Assembly (NCBI GenBank): GCA_025594325.1
Contig: JANHCV010000005.1
Span: 1,240,001-1,304,000, forward strand
DNA: 64,000 nucleotides
Direction: 5' to 3'
Source of the DNA: Blastocladiella emersonii ATCC 22665
Taxonomy: Eukaryota; Fungi; Blastocladiomycota
The notes below the pieces were generated by a model. That model saw only the letters and a program-made list of their open reading frames with translations, was not told the DNA's origin and ran no database searches. This document shows positions 24,230 through 34,492 of this stretch, one piece after another. The position numbers and the translations under genes are program-made. Within the stretch, counting starts at the first letter, position 1; every line of letters starts with the position of its first letter.

Positions 24230-25066
24230 ATGAAGCACTGGTTTGCACTTGCAGTTCTTGCACTCTTTTTATGTCTCATGGACGGCGTGGTGGCGCCTCC
24301 GCCGGGCCTTGTGATCCCGGGTCCAGTGTCTCGACCGATCACCAACCTGACGCCTCGGCCTCCCATTCGGCCGCCCACGACGTTCGTTTCCCCACCGAAA
24401 CCCGCGACGCTCACGATAAGGCCGTCGGTCTCGCCGCCGGCAGGTCGGAGCTCCCGCTTCGTGTCCGCGATCCAACGGAGTCTTTCGCGGCCGACTTTGG
24501 CAAGGTTCAAGCGCGGGCTGCTCAAGGCCGTCAAGGCGGCGGTGCACAAGGCGATCAAGGACGAGGTCAAGGAGCTGATCAACGACCTACTTTCTGACGA
24601 CACGGCCGAGACGTACAGCGAGGTCGCTGTGGCCAACGCTCTGGGTAACGCGACGATCATCGACGCGTTGAGCGGACTCAACGGCGTGCTGACGTGCAAC
24701 TACCAGCAGCCCGCGACGTGGTTGATCTTTGACCAAGGCCAGCTGACTCCAAGCAGCGTCTCGCCCGCCTGCGGCGACCCGTTCATCCTGTACTACGCGG
24801 ACGACACGGACTACGCCATGGCCGTATTCAACCCGGCGCCGCTGGCCAAGTACGCTGACAACGCCATCCTTCGAGACGAGTGTGTCTATGATCCGCTATG
24901 GCTCTGGTACGAGGTGGCCATTGTCCAGTCGCGCGAGTGCAAGGAGCGCAGCCAGCCCACCAGCTCCTCCGCTGCCGTCGACTGTCGGCACGCGCTTGGT
25001 ATTCCTGCTGGACCCGCTGCCGTCGCTGCGCTCAGCATTCTCGTGAGCGCGATTGTGCTGCTCTGA
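24230..25066 (+). CDS. Secreted or GPI-anchor-like orphan protein
   Basis: Signal peptide MKHWFALAVLALFLCL, Pro-rich N-terminus, several Cys and a hydrophobic C-terminal tail. Single exon. Confidence 0.65.
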   Translation: MKHWFALAVLALFLCLMDGVVAPPPGLVIPGPVSRPITNLTPRPPIRPPTTFVSPPKPATLTIRPSVSPPAGRSSRFVSAIQRSLSRPTLARFKRGLLKAVKAAVHKAIKDEVKELINDLLSDDTAETYSEVAVANALGNATIIDALSGLNGVLTCNYQQPATWLIFDQGQLTPSSVSPACGDPFILYYADDTDYAMAVFNPAPLAKYADNAILRDECVYDPLWLWYEVAIVQSRECKERSQPTSSSAAVDCRHALGIPAGPAAVAALSILVSAIVLL

Positions 25067-25574
25067 GCCGCTCGCCGCGGTCCGACTATTTGTTCATCAG
25101 TTTTACGCCTCACCTCAACACGACTCAACAAAAACATGCACTTTTCATCCCTCCCAACGTTTACAGCGATCTCTTCCGAACGATAGCGAACACGGCGAAC
25201 GTCTCACAAACGCGTCTCGCGGGCAAGCCTCCTCCCCATCACGTGTTTGATCGACGCGTCGACCCGTCAGCAGGGGTTCTGCAGTCAGCCTCGCCCGTTT
25301 CGGATCAGAGCATCCCTTTCTCGCTGCGGTCAGTTCCCCTGCTGCGGTGAAGCCTCACTGCGACGAGATGGAGTTTCAGCGGGATTGAATAGCTCGCAAA
25401 AACCGCAGCGTTAGACGGCGAGCTTGCGGCGAGGAGATGAGCGGGTCGGGCGCAACGCACGGGACGCGCAGCCAGCTCTCAGCGAGCGAGGATCAAGGCG
25501 GGCCAACGAACGCGGCTGCCGCGCGACCTGCGAAGTGAGCGGTGTGCGGGTGGCGACGGTTGACGGATACGCCG

Positions 25575-27343
25575 CAGGGGGAGGCGACGAGTCCGACGTG
25601 GCCATGAAAATCGCGGCTGAACCCAGGGCCAAACCCTCCGCGCCCGCCACGTGACCTTAACGCGTCTCTCACCGCATGTCTCGCACCGCGCGTTCCACAG
25701 GAGGGATCGGAGCAAATAAATTTATCAACATTGAGACACCTCAACACTTCGCGGCTATTTTCCAATTGAGGGTTCAAGCCCGCGCAACGCAAGGCGCTCG
25801 CGCCGTGGAAGAGAACTCATGTTCAAACGGCAGCCAGGCTCACGTTGAGCGGGTCTGCGCTTCGCTGCTGCGGCAGTGCTCGTCAACCGGGTGAAAGATC
25901 GACGCGAGGCAGTACGGCGCGTAGCCTGATGCTCTGTGATGCGTGTACAGAAAGGGAGGGCGGGGCAGATGGTCCCTCGCGCCTGGTGGCAGCGGAGGGC
26001 ACCTTGGATCAGCGCGCGGCTTTGACGCTGTTCAGCGCGAGAGCCACACGTGCTCCGGAACGGCGCTCGAGGCGATGGCCGTGTCAGCGGGGAGCGCGAG
26101 ACGTGGGTCGATGAGCTCGCGCAGGTAACCAAACACATGCTTGAACCACGCGACAAGCGGTTTGTCCACGACGGCCGCGGTGCACTCGGTGCGGTTCGGG
26201 TTGAGGAACCCGCGGCGCTGGAAGCCCGGGAGCGAGCTTTCAGCGCGAGACTCGCTTCGGCGGGTGCGGCGCGGGCCGCCTCGAAGTGCGGTGGTGAGGG
26301 CTGGAACGTTGATGGATGCGGGCGCGATATTAGTGGTTGCGGTCGCGGTCAGAGCGAGCAGCGAGCCGCGTTGCGCACCGTGTAGGCGGCGGAGAGCGCG
26401 TCGCGGGCCCATCTTGATTAAAATTGCAGCCCCGCCAGCGCACCTTGAAGCACGTGTCCAGCTCCGCGGGGACGGCGGCCGCGACTCCCAGTGGCAGATG
26501 CATGGCGGCGCCCTCGTTGAACAGCGCGTCGGCCTCCTCGTTGCCCGAGTTCCCCGCGTGGCCGCGAACCCACTCGAAGTTCACTTGGAGCTCGCGGGCC
26601 ACGATGATCCAGCGAAGCATGGCCGACTCGAGCGAGCACGTTGCGCGGACCCGCACCCTCAGATAAAGTGAGAGTATCCTTACGTGAAGGCGAGCTTGGC
26701 GTTGTGGCGAGTGGAAGCAGCGGCGGCGGGTGCTCCCCACAGCTCGGAACGGAGGTTCAAGGAGTTTCCGCCAGGAACGCAACAGCGAGCTCTGGTGACC
26801 CACTCACGAAAACGCCTGCGCCCGCGGCCGCGTCCGGCGCCTGAGGACTGCGGCGTGGTGCGATCCGTCTGCGTAAACGGTCCCGCTCGCGGTGCACGCG
26901 CGTGTTCAGGAAGGTTGAGCGAGAGAACCGACTGCGCGAAGCCAGCTGACTCTAACACCGCGGCCTCGTCTATGATATGCGCGAGCTGCGCGATCTGTGC
27001 CGCGGGGTCATGAACGACTGGGGCGACCGCTTCGGGGGAGAGTGCGCGACGAGCAAAGCGGTGACGTAGCTAGCCCAAGTAGTTTGGACACGGCGAGCGC
27101 AACCAGTGGCCGCGGCGCGCGTCTGTTCAGATTTTTACACCAGTTAGTTCATAGATCCCATCCTTGTTTACCCTTTATTAATTTTGCGCGGCCAGGAGTC
27201 GCCGCTGGGTCGGCGAGGCAGACGCGTCGCGGTGCGAGACATGCGGTGAGAGACGCGTTAAGGTCACGTGGCGGGCGCGGAGGGTTTGGCCCTGGGTTCA
27301 GCCGCGATTTTCATGGCCACGTCGGACTCGTCGCCTCCCCCTG
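25575..27343. mobile_element. Non-autonomous TIR DNA transposon (MULE/Mutator-like): 116-bp perfect TIRs, 9-bp TSD, no transposase
   Basis: 25575-25690 is the exact reverse complement of 27228-27343. The flanks are GATACGCCG (25566-25574) and GTTACGCCG (27344-27352), an 8/9 match. Confidence 0.88.
25764..26950 (-). pseudogene. LINE-type RNase H plus downstream domain fragment inside the TIR element; second copy of the 6288-7400 family
   Basis: TVYADGS, AGAGVFVSGSPELAV, NLRSELWG, FEWVRGHAGNSGNEEADAL and AAVVDKPLVAWFKH. The 3' end aattgagggttcaagcccgcgc matches aatcgagggctaaagcccgcgc at 6288. Confidence 0.8.
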
Positions 27344-28913
27344 GTTACGCCGGCCCCCGAGGTCGAGCGCGTGGTGACTGAAGCAGTGCGGATCAGCGCG
27401 GATCGAATTCACGAGGGAGGCCCGGGGTGATGGCCAGCGATGACGACGACGACGCGGGCGGCGGCGAAGTGTGGCGCTCGCGCGTGGGGACGCTTGTCCG
27501 ATGGCGCGGAGCGGGGCGGCGTTGGCGTTGCAGTGTTACCGGAGACGCGCGTCAGGTTGACTCATGGTGATCTGAAACTCTGCCGAGAACAGGGCGGGCC
27601 CCGGATTGGGTTTCGGGATAGGCTGCATGGGGCTGCAGATGCGACTTCCTCGGCGAGGGTCGCTCCGAATACCGCGAGAATAGCATGGATGGGTCTCTGT
27701 GGTAATAGAAGCGTGTTGGTCGCGTCAGAGCGACAATCGCAGCAGCGATGAGCGAAAGCGGAGGTCGCGACGGTTGGAGTGGCGTCGGGTCCGCGCGGTC
27801 GGCTAGGCGCGGCGGGGAAGCGTGTTCCAGATCAGTGCGCCCTGCCCTTCTCGGTGCGCGCGGCACGCATGGATGCGGGCAACTCTAACCCAGCGACCCG
27901 CCCCGCGCGCTGCGTCGGCCCGCCGCCGACCATGTGCGGCCGCCGCTCTCTCCCTCTCGCGTCGAATCCGCAGCACATCCAGTCCAACCCCCGCCACCAT
28001 CCGATCGCTCGCGTCCCCCACCGTCGCGCGCGCGCACCACCACCACCCTTGCTTGTTGCACGCGCCCCGCTCGCCTTCTTGCTTGTTCTCTCCGCGCTCG
28101 CACCCTCTCTCGCCTCCGCGACGCGCCCCGCCCCGCGACCGCTGCAGCACCGCCCTCGCTCGACCACGGCGCCGTCGCACCTGCCCGCCCGCGCTCTCTC
28201 CCGCCGCGGCCCACCACCTTCCCGAATCGTCGCCAACCTCGCCGGATCGCGCGCGCGTGTGTGCACTGCTCCGCGCCCCAGACCCTGCCTACTACTACGA
28301 CGCCTCTGCCTCGAGGGTGAGCTCGACTCGCTCGCTCTCTCTCCCGACCGTACGCGACCATGTCCTCGCCCGGCTCGGTCGGTCCGGTTCGGTCGGCCCA
28401 CGTTGGCAGCGCCCATCGTGAACTCGTCCGCGTCGATGGGCGCGAACACGGCGGGTCCGCGCGAACCCGCGTCGTCGTCTATCGCGCGATCCGCCCGGCC
28501 TGCCTGCACGTTTGTGTGCTCGTAGGGCCCACGCTGCCCTTCTCTGCCGGCGTATCCGATGGCGCCCATCCAATTTCCGACGCTCGCTGCCGACCGAGCC
28601 GACCGGACCGCGGCCGCGACCCCCGCCGTCACACTGCAAGCACTCACACGCGGTGATGCGCGGACGTGTGTAGACTTGGTGCGCGCCCTCGTCGCGTCCC
28701 TCGCCGCGGTAGCGTGAGCCGGCGTGACCGCCAACCGACGCGTTTCCCGCCGCGTCGCGCCGCACGCCCGTCGTGCTCTCTTTCCGCCCGTCTCGCCGCC
28801 ATTGCTGCGGGCTGTATACCCCCCTCCCCACCATCCTACCCTCCGGTACGTTTTTGCGGGTACCCACCGGTGTCGACCCAGTGCTGACGCTTTACTCAAT
28901 CCCTCTAGTCGCC

Positions 28914-31900
28914 ATGCCGTCCACGACCGACTCGAGCATGGCGTTCCGCTCGCCCCTGTTCGCGCACCTCGCGCAGCAGGGCCCCTCCTCCTCCCCGTCC
29001 GACGCACAACAGTCGCAGTCGCAGTTCCCGCCGCGCGCGCACCGCCGCGACACGGACGCGAGCCTGTACGACGACTTCCACTCGGGCGCCCCCGAGCCCA
29101 TGACCGCGCCAGGCGACGCCTCGTTCCGCTCCGACTTCATGACCCCGCTGCTGCCGCGCGAGCTGCAGCTGCTGACGCCCGAGCAGGCGTTTGCCGCGTC
29201 GTTGGCCGCCGGGGGCTCGCCCGTCCCGGCCGGGTCGATGCATCAGCGCAACGCGACGTCCACCTCCTCGGCCCGCAGCCTGGCCGCCGCGGCGCACTCG
29301 CGGTCCGCGACCGGCGCGCCGTCCATCGCCATGGTCCCGCCGAGCCCGCCGCTCGCGCACGCGCCGCTGCAGCCGACGGCCGCGGGGGTGCACCACGCCA
29401 AGGAGTTCGAGTACCTGTCGCAGATCTACGGCTGGCTCGGGTCGCCCGCGCTCGGCCACGCCGCCCCCGCCGACGTCGCCCCCATGGCGGCAGCGCCGTA
29501 CGCGCAGCCCATGCACGCCGCGTCCTCGGCCAACCTCGCCGCCGCCGCCAAGTTCGGCACCTACCAGTTCCCGAGCGCCAGCGACGCGGGCATGTCGCCC
29601 GCTACGGCCGCGTCGCCGTCTTCTTCGGGGAGTGGGAGCAGTGGATGGTCGTCGTTCCTCAACGTCAACGTCAAGCTGCCGTCGTGGCGCCGCAAGCGGT
29701 CGTCCGAGGACGCGTCAACGGCGTCGCCGCTGCGCGCGTCCAACTCGGCACCCCGCAGCAACAACGCCAACGTGTTCGACGCGTCCTCGCTTGCGTCGGG
29801 CACGACGCACTCGGGCGCGTCCTCGCGGTACTCTGCGAGCTCGCGCGACTCGCGCGAAGCCGCGTTCCCGGACCGCGACGACGCGTCGTTCACGTCCTTC
29901 ACGGTGCGCGACGAGCCCACCGTCGTCGTCTCGCGACCGCGCGCCGGGTCCTTCACGTCGGTCCACGACCGCAGCTTCTCCAACCCCGACACGGTCTTCG
30001 CCATGGCCAACGACTCGTCGGTGCTGGTCGCCGGGTCCGGCGAGGTGCTCGGGACCACGGCGCCCCTGCCGTCGGCCGCGACACACATCTCGCGCGGGCT
30101 CGATGTCGAGACGGGCTCGTTCACGGCCAGCGGCTACGCGCGGCCCGAGCACCGCCGCGTCAGCAGCGACCGCACGATCCACTCGGTGCTGTCGTTCCAG
30201 ACGCAGTCGGCGCAGCCGATCGGGTCGTCGGCGCCCGCCAGCGAAATCCCGGAGCCCGTCCCCATCAGCATCCACCGCCATGACTCGGGGTTCCACCTCG
30301 TCGACTCGGGCATCCACCGCCAGTCGGCCGCGCCGTCCGAAAACCTGCCGCTCGGGCCCGCGTTCGGCACCTACCGCCTCACGTGCGCCCCGCCCATGTC
30401 GTCCGACTCGTTCAACAGCTCGCTCGGCGCCGACGACGACGAGAGCGACGACGAGGAGACTGCGGCGGCGGCCACTGTCATTGCCGACGAGCAGCCCGCG
30501 CCCGCGCTCCGCCCCTTCGTCGTCGTCCCGCCCCGCACCACGTCCGCGAAACCGAGCGGCACGCTCGCGTCGCCGCAGAGCCCCGCGCCGCCGACGCCCG
30601 CCACGCAGGCGCCCGCGCCCGACGCGGTCGGCGATTTCGGGCTGCCGCCCGACGGCCACCCGTTCTGGACCAACCCGCGCATCTTCGACCCTGCGCCGCC
30701 CACGTCCACCTCGGCCAAAGGCGCGGTGCCGCCGGTCGTGTGGGAGGTGAACCCGTCCGACAACAAGCGCCGGCTCATGGCAGCGTGCCCCGTGGCGCTG
30801 ATCGAGGTGCTGACGACGACGCTCGACTACCAGTTCCTGACCGACTTCTTTCTCGTGTACCGGTGCTTCATGACGCCGCTGCAGCTCGCGCTGCTGCTGA
30901 TCCTGCGTTTCCGGTGGGCGATGCTGCACCCGGACTCGGAGGAGCACGCGCTGGTCCGGTTCCGCACCTTCATCGTGCTGCGCCACTGGATCAACGAGTA
31001 CTACGTGCAGGACTTCGCCGGGTCGCGCGCGCTCCGGTACCTCATGATCGTGACCTTCGTCAATGAGATCACCGAGGACCCGGTCATTCGCGCCCACCCG
31101 CGCGACTACCGCCTCATCAAGACCCTCAAGCGCCTCCTCCGCGCCCAGGACACCGAGTACAAGCACCTCAAGGCGCTCGCCCAGGCCGCCGGCGCGCACG
31201 GCGATCTCGCGAGCTGGGTCCACCAGATGTCGGTCGAGAAGCACTTTGAGTCCGTCTACTACCCGATCCTCATGGAGGTCAAGAAGGGCAGCAGTGGTGG
31301 TTCCAGTGTGCCGCCCTCGCCGAGCACCTCCACGGCCGCCGCCGAGTCCGAGGACGACACGGCGTCGCGCGACTCGGGGATCGCGCGGTCCGGGTCCACG
31401 GGCAGCCGGTCGTTTGTCCTGGGCCGCCCGGCCTCGGGCGACGTGCGCGGGTCCACGGTGTCGATCGAGTCGCACAGCAGTACCACGTCGTCGGTCGACT
31501 CGGGGACTGGTGACCAGGCGGCGCCGGGCCCGCTCATGACGGGCTCCGCGGCGTGCGTCCCCGCGGCGCTGACGGCGCTCGTGTGCACGAAGCGGTCGTT
31601 CCTGCTGCGGTTCAAGATCGAGGCGATCGCGGCGCAGTTCCAGCTGATCGAGGAGATGATGCTGCTGTCGATCCCGTGGCCGGCGCTGCTCGCGCACACG
31701 GCCGCCGCGAAACCCGTGGCCGCGTCCCCGGCGTTCGGCATGGACCGCGGGCCCGTGCAGAGCATGATTGACCGGTTCAACACCACGTGCCAGTGGGTCG
31801 CGACCGAGGTGCTCACGCAGCGGTCCACGGACGAGCGCGTCAAGGTCATTGAGAAGCTGATCCGGCTCGCCGTCAAGTCCCACCACCTCGGAAACTACTC

Positions 31901-32381
31901 GACCGTCAACCAGATCGCGCTCGGGCTCCAGAACCCGTACGTCGAGCGGCTCAAGAAGACGTGGTCCAAGGTTTCGACCCCGGAGAAGAAGCAGTTCCGC
32001 GACCTCGTCGCGCTCACCGCGCCCATGAAGAACTTTGCGCCCCTCCGCGCCGCCATGGCCGGCGAGCTCGAGCGCGGGTGCGGGATCCCCTTCACGGGCG
32101 TCCTGCTTTCGGACCTCGTGTACAACCGCGAGATGGCCGCGCAGCTCGGCAAGACCACGCTCGCTGTTAGTGGTGCGGGTGCCGTGTCGCTCCCCGTCAT
32201 CAACTACCACAAGTTCCGCGTCATGGCCGGCACCCTCGACCAGTTCCGCCAGTTCCAGCGGTGCAAGCGCCCGCCGCAGCACTACAACCTCGACGTCAAC
32301 ATCTACGCCAACTGCCTGTGCCTGCGCACCCTCGCCAACGACGAGCTGCAGCGGCTCAGCTACGAGTGCGAGCGCAAGTAA
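28914..32381 (+). CDS. Ras guanine-nucleotide exchange factor (REM + CDC25 domains), Lte1-like
   Basis: REM: DYQFLTDFFLVYRCFMTP. CDC25: IAAQFQLIEEMMLLSIPW, RFNTTCQWVATEVL, GNYSTVNQIALGLQNPYVERLKKTW, GIPFTGVLLSDL and INYHKFR. An acceptor-like CTAG just before the ATG suggests an upstream exon. Confidence 0.88.
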   Translation: MPSTTDSSMAFRSPLFAHLAQQGPSSSPSDAQQSQSQFPPRAHRRDTDASLYDDFHSGAPEPMTAPGDASFRSDFMTPLLPRELQLLTPEQAFAASLAAGGSPVPAGSMHQRNATSTSSARSLAAAAHSRSATGAPSIAMVPPSPPLAHAPLQPTAAGVHHAKEFEYLSQIYGWLGSPALGHAAPADVAPMAAAPYAQPMHAASSANLAAAAKFGTYQFPSASDAGMSPATAASPSSSGSGSSGWSSFLNVNVKLPSWRRKRSSEDASTASPLRASNSAPRSNNANVFDASSLASGTTHSGASSRYSASSRDSREAAFPDRDDASFTSFTVRDEPTVVVSRPRAGSFTSVHDRSFSNPDTVFAMANDSSVLVAGSGEVLGTTAPLPSAATHISRGLDVETGSFTASGYARPEHRRVSSDRTIHSVLSFQTQSAQPIGSSAPASEIPEPVPISIHRHDSGFHLVDSGIHRQSAAPSENLPLGPAFGTYRLTCAPPMSSDSFNSSLGADDDESDDEETAAAATVIADEQPAPALRPFVVVPPRTTSAKPSGTLASPQSPAPPTPATQAPAPDAVGDFGLPPDGHPFWTNPRIFDPAPPTSTSAKGAVPPVVWEVNPSDNKRRLMAACPVALIEVLTTTLDYQFLTDFFLVYRCFMTPLQLALLLILRFRWAMLHPDSEEHALVRFRTFIVLRHWINEYYVQDFAGSRALRYLMIVTFVNEITEDPVIRAHPRDYRLIKTLKRLLRAQDTEYKHLKALAQAAGAHGDLASWVHQMSVEKHFESVYYPILMEVKKGSSGGSSVPPSPSTSTAAAESEDDTASRDSGIARSGSTGSRSFVLGRPASGDVRGSTVSIESHSSTTSSVDSGTGDQAAPGPLMTGSAACVPAALTALVCTKRSFLLRFKIEAIAAQFQLIEEMMLLSIPWPALLAHTAAAKPVAASPAFGMDRGPVQSMIDRFNTTCQWVATEVLTQRSTDERVKVIEKLIRLAVKSHHLGNYSTVNQIALGLQNPYVERLKKTWSKVSTPEKKQFRDLVALTAPMKNFAPLRAAMAGELERGCGIPFTGVLLSDLVYNREMAAQLGKTTLAVSGAGAVSLPVINYHKFRVMAGTLDQFRQFQRCKRPPQHYNLDVNIYANCLCLRTLANDELQRLSYECERK

Positions 32382-33118
32382 CCGGCCTCCTCCTCACTCA
32401 CTCTTCCCTCTTCACGCATTGCACCTTGATTGCAGATCCCCCCCACTCGTCTTCTTCCCACATTGCATCCCCCACCCCCACCTTTGCTCCACACCCCCTC
32501 GTCATGGCGCCCTCTCTCCCCCTTCTGGCCCAACCCTCGAGCGCGCCGCTGCTGCCTTGTGTACGCGCGGCCCGCGGGAGGGCAGCGGCGGTCGGGGAGA
32601 CGGGCGCGAATACCACACCCCCGCCCTGCTGATGATGACGATGAGACGCTCGATTATACACCACCAAAGCCGTTCCCTGCTGTGATCTCTCTGTGGGTAA
32701 CCGCGAGGCGAGGCTTAGCCGCGAGCGAGGACACGTCGTTCACCTGCATGCGCCACGCATGAGGGGCGGACGGGCGGGCAGCGCGCTCCAAACGAGGAGT
32801 CCGCGCGGTGGACGGCGGCCCGAGGGAGGGTTGTGCTGCCACGTCAACGCGGCCGAGGGCGGACACGTATAAAGCGCGGCGGGGCCCGCTTCGAAGCTGC
32901 TCCTCTGCTCATTCGTTCTATGAAGCAAACTGTCTGAGGAGTCGCCCATCGTCTTGGTCGCCCCCCTCATCAACTCCCCGAAAACTCTCCGAACGAGGAA
33001 GGAAGTGTAAACCACGCACGCGCGCTCGCTCGCCGCCGACCGTTCTTGTCGCCGCGTCCCGCCCGCTCCCCGTCCTCCCTCTCCCAACCAACCTCATCGA
33101 AATCAACAAGTCGCCGCA

Positions 33119-33874
33119 ATGTCGCTGCCCAACCAGCTCGTGTTCGCGCTGCTCATCTTCTACGTGGTGGTGCTGCTGATCCTGTGCGCGCCGCTACCGC
33201 AGGTGGTGCGCAAGGCGGTGGTGTCGTTCGTGTCCAAGTCGCGGGTCGTGGAGCAGCTGCTCTTCTTCCTCAAGATCGGCATGGTCGGCGTCACGCTCAT
33301 GTTCGCCGACACGGTGATGCGCACGCAGAAGCTGCAGGAGACGATCCGGCTCGCCAAGCAGGGCGTCCCGCACGGCGACCACATGCACCACCACCTGCCC
33401 TCGGCCGACGCGGACGCGGTCCTCCACTCCAAGCTCTTCTACTCGCAGCGCAACATGTACCTGACCGGGTTCACGCTGCTCCTGTCGCTCGTCCTCAACC
33501 GCGTCTACTCGCTCATCAAGGAGGTGGTCCGCAACGACGAGCGGTCGGCCGTCGTCGTCCGCCAGGCCGATAACAACGCCAAGCAGCTCGCGGCGCTCGT
33601 CGACGGCAAGGACGACGCCGCCAAGGAGGTCGCCGCGCTCAAGGCTAAGCTCGCCCTCACCGAGGCCGCCGCCCGCGACCTCGACGTCGTCAAGGCCCAG
33701 GCCAACGCCAACAACGAACAGTACATGGAGCTCGCCGACCGCTACACGGCGCTCGAGGCCAAGTACAAGCGCGTCGCCGCCGAGCACGGCGTCCCGCTCG
33801 ACGCCGAGGTCGAGGCCGCCGGCGCCGCGATCCGTCGTCGCTCGGCTGCGTCGACGGGCAAGAAGGAGGAGTAG
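33119..33874 (+). CDS. BCAP31: B-cell receptor-associated protein 31/29 (Yet) family ER membrane protein
   Basis: Three N-terminal TM helices, KLFYSQRNMYLTGFTLLLSLVLNR, a coiled coil and a C-terminal KKEE ER-retrieval-like end. Confidence 0.9.
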   Translation: MSLPNQLVFALLIFYVVVLLILCAPLPQVVRKAVVSFVSKSRVVEQLLFFLKIGMVGVTLMFADTVMRTQKLQETIRLAKQGVPHGDHMHHHLPSADADAVLHSKLFYSQRNMYLTGFTLLLSLVLNRVYSLIKEVVRNDERSAVVVRQADNNAKQLAALVDGKDDAAKEVAALKAKLALTEAAARDLDVVKAQANANNEQYMELADRYTALEAKYKRVAAEHGVPLDAEVEAAGAAIRRRSAASTGKKEE

Positions 33875-34492
33875 TGTGATTTGTTGTATACCACGTATCA
33901 TTACCGCCCACACCACACAAACAGAGTGATATATTCTTCATCCCCTACGTATCCCGATAGCGTCACGCACGAGTGAGCTCCCACGGTCGGTCGGTCGGCG
34001 GACGCGACGCGTTTCATGCTTGCCCTTGCGCGGTCGCGTCGAAGCGGCAGTTGGCTCCCCTCGCTTCTCACGGCTGCCGCTGAGCCACACACCTCTCGCC
34101 TTGCCCGCCTGGGAACATGGAGCCTTCACGCAATCAAGCATGCACTTCCAGCAACGGCAACCGATGATGATGACGGTGGCGAAGGCGCGACCTTGGATGC
34201 ATCCAAGCGGGCCGCCTCCGCCCGCCGCGCGGCCCTCGATCCGCGCCCTCCCGCCTCGCTCGCCGTTCGCCCATATCCGAGCGGGTGCCTGGGAAGCGTG
34301 GCGGCAGCGGACGTGGATCCATCCAGTCCAACGGCGACCCGCCGCCGCCCGTCGTTGCGGGCGAGCGGGGCGGCGGGCGAGAGTATAAGACCCGCGCCGT
34401 CCCCGCCTTCGACTGAGCTCAGCAGACGCAGCAGCAGCAACGCATCGACAACCACCACCGCCACCATCTACGACCTCGAAGACTAGACGACC

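Noticed and set aside
25764-25785. tRNA/SINE B-box (GGTTCAAGCCC)
   Set aside because: No A-box or cloverleaf nearby; it is better explained as the hairpin-like end shared with 6288-6305.
27400-28900. Additional protein-coding genes upstream of the RasGEF
   Set aside because: The overlapping ORFs are low-complexity GC artefacts; the region most likely holds the promoter and 5' UTR exons.
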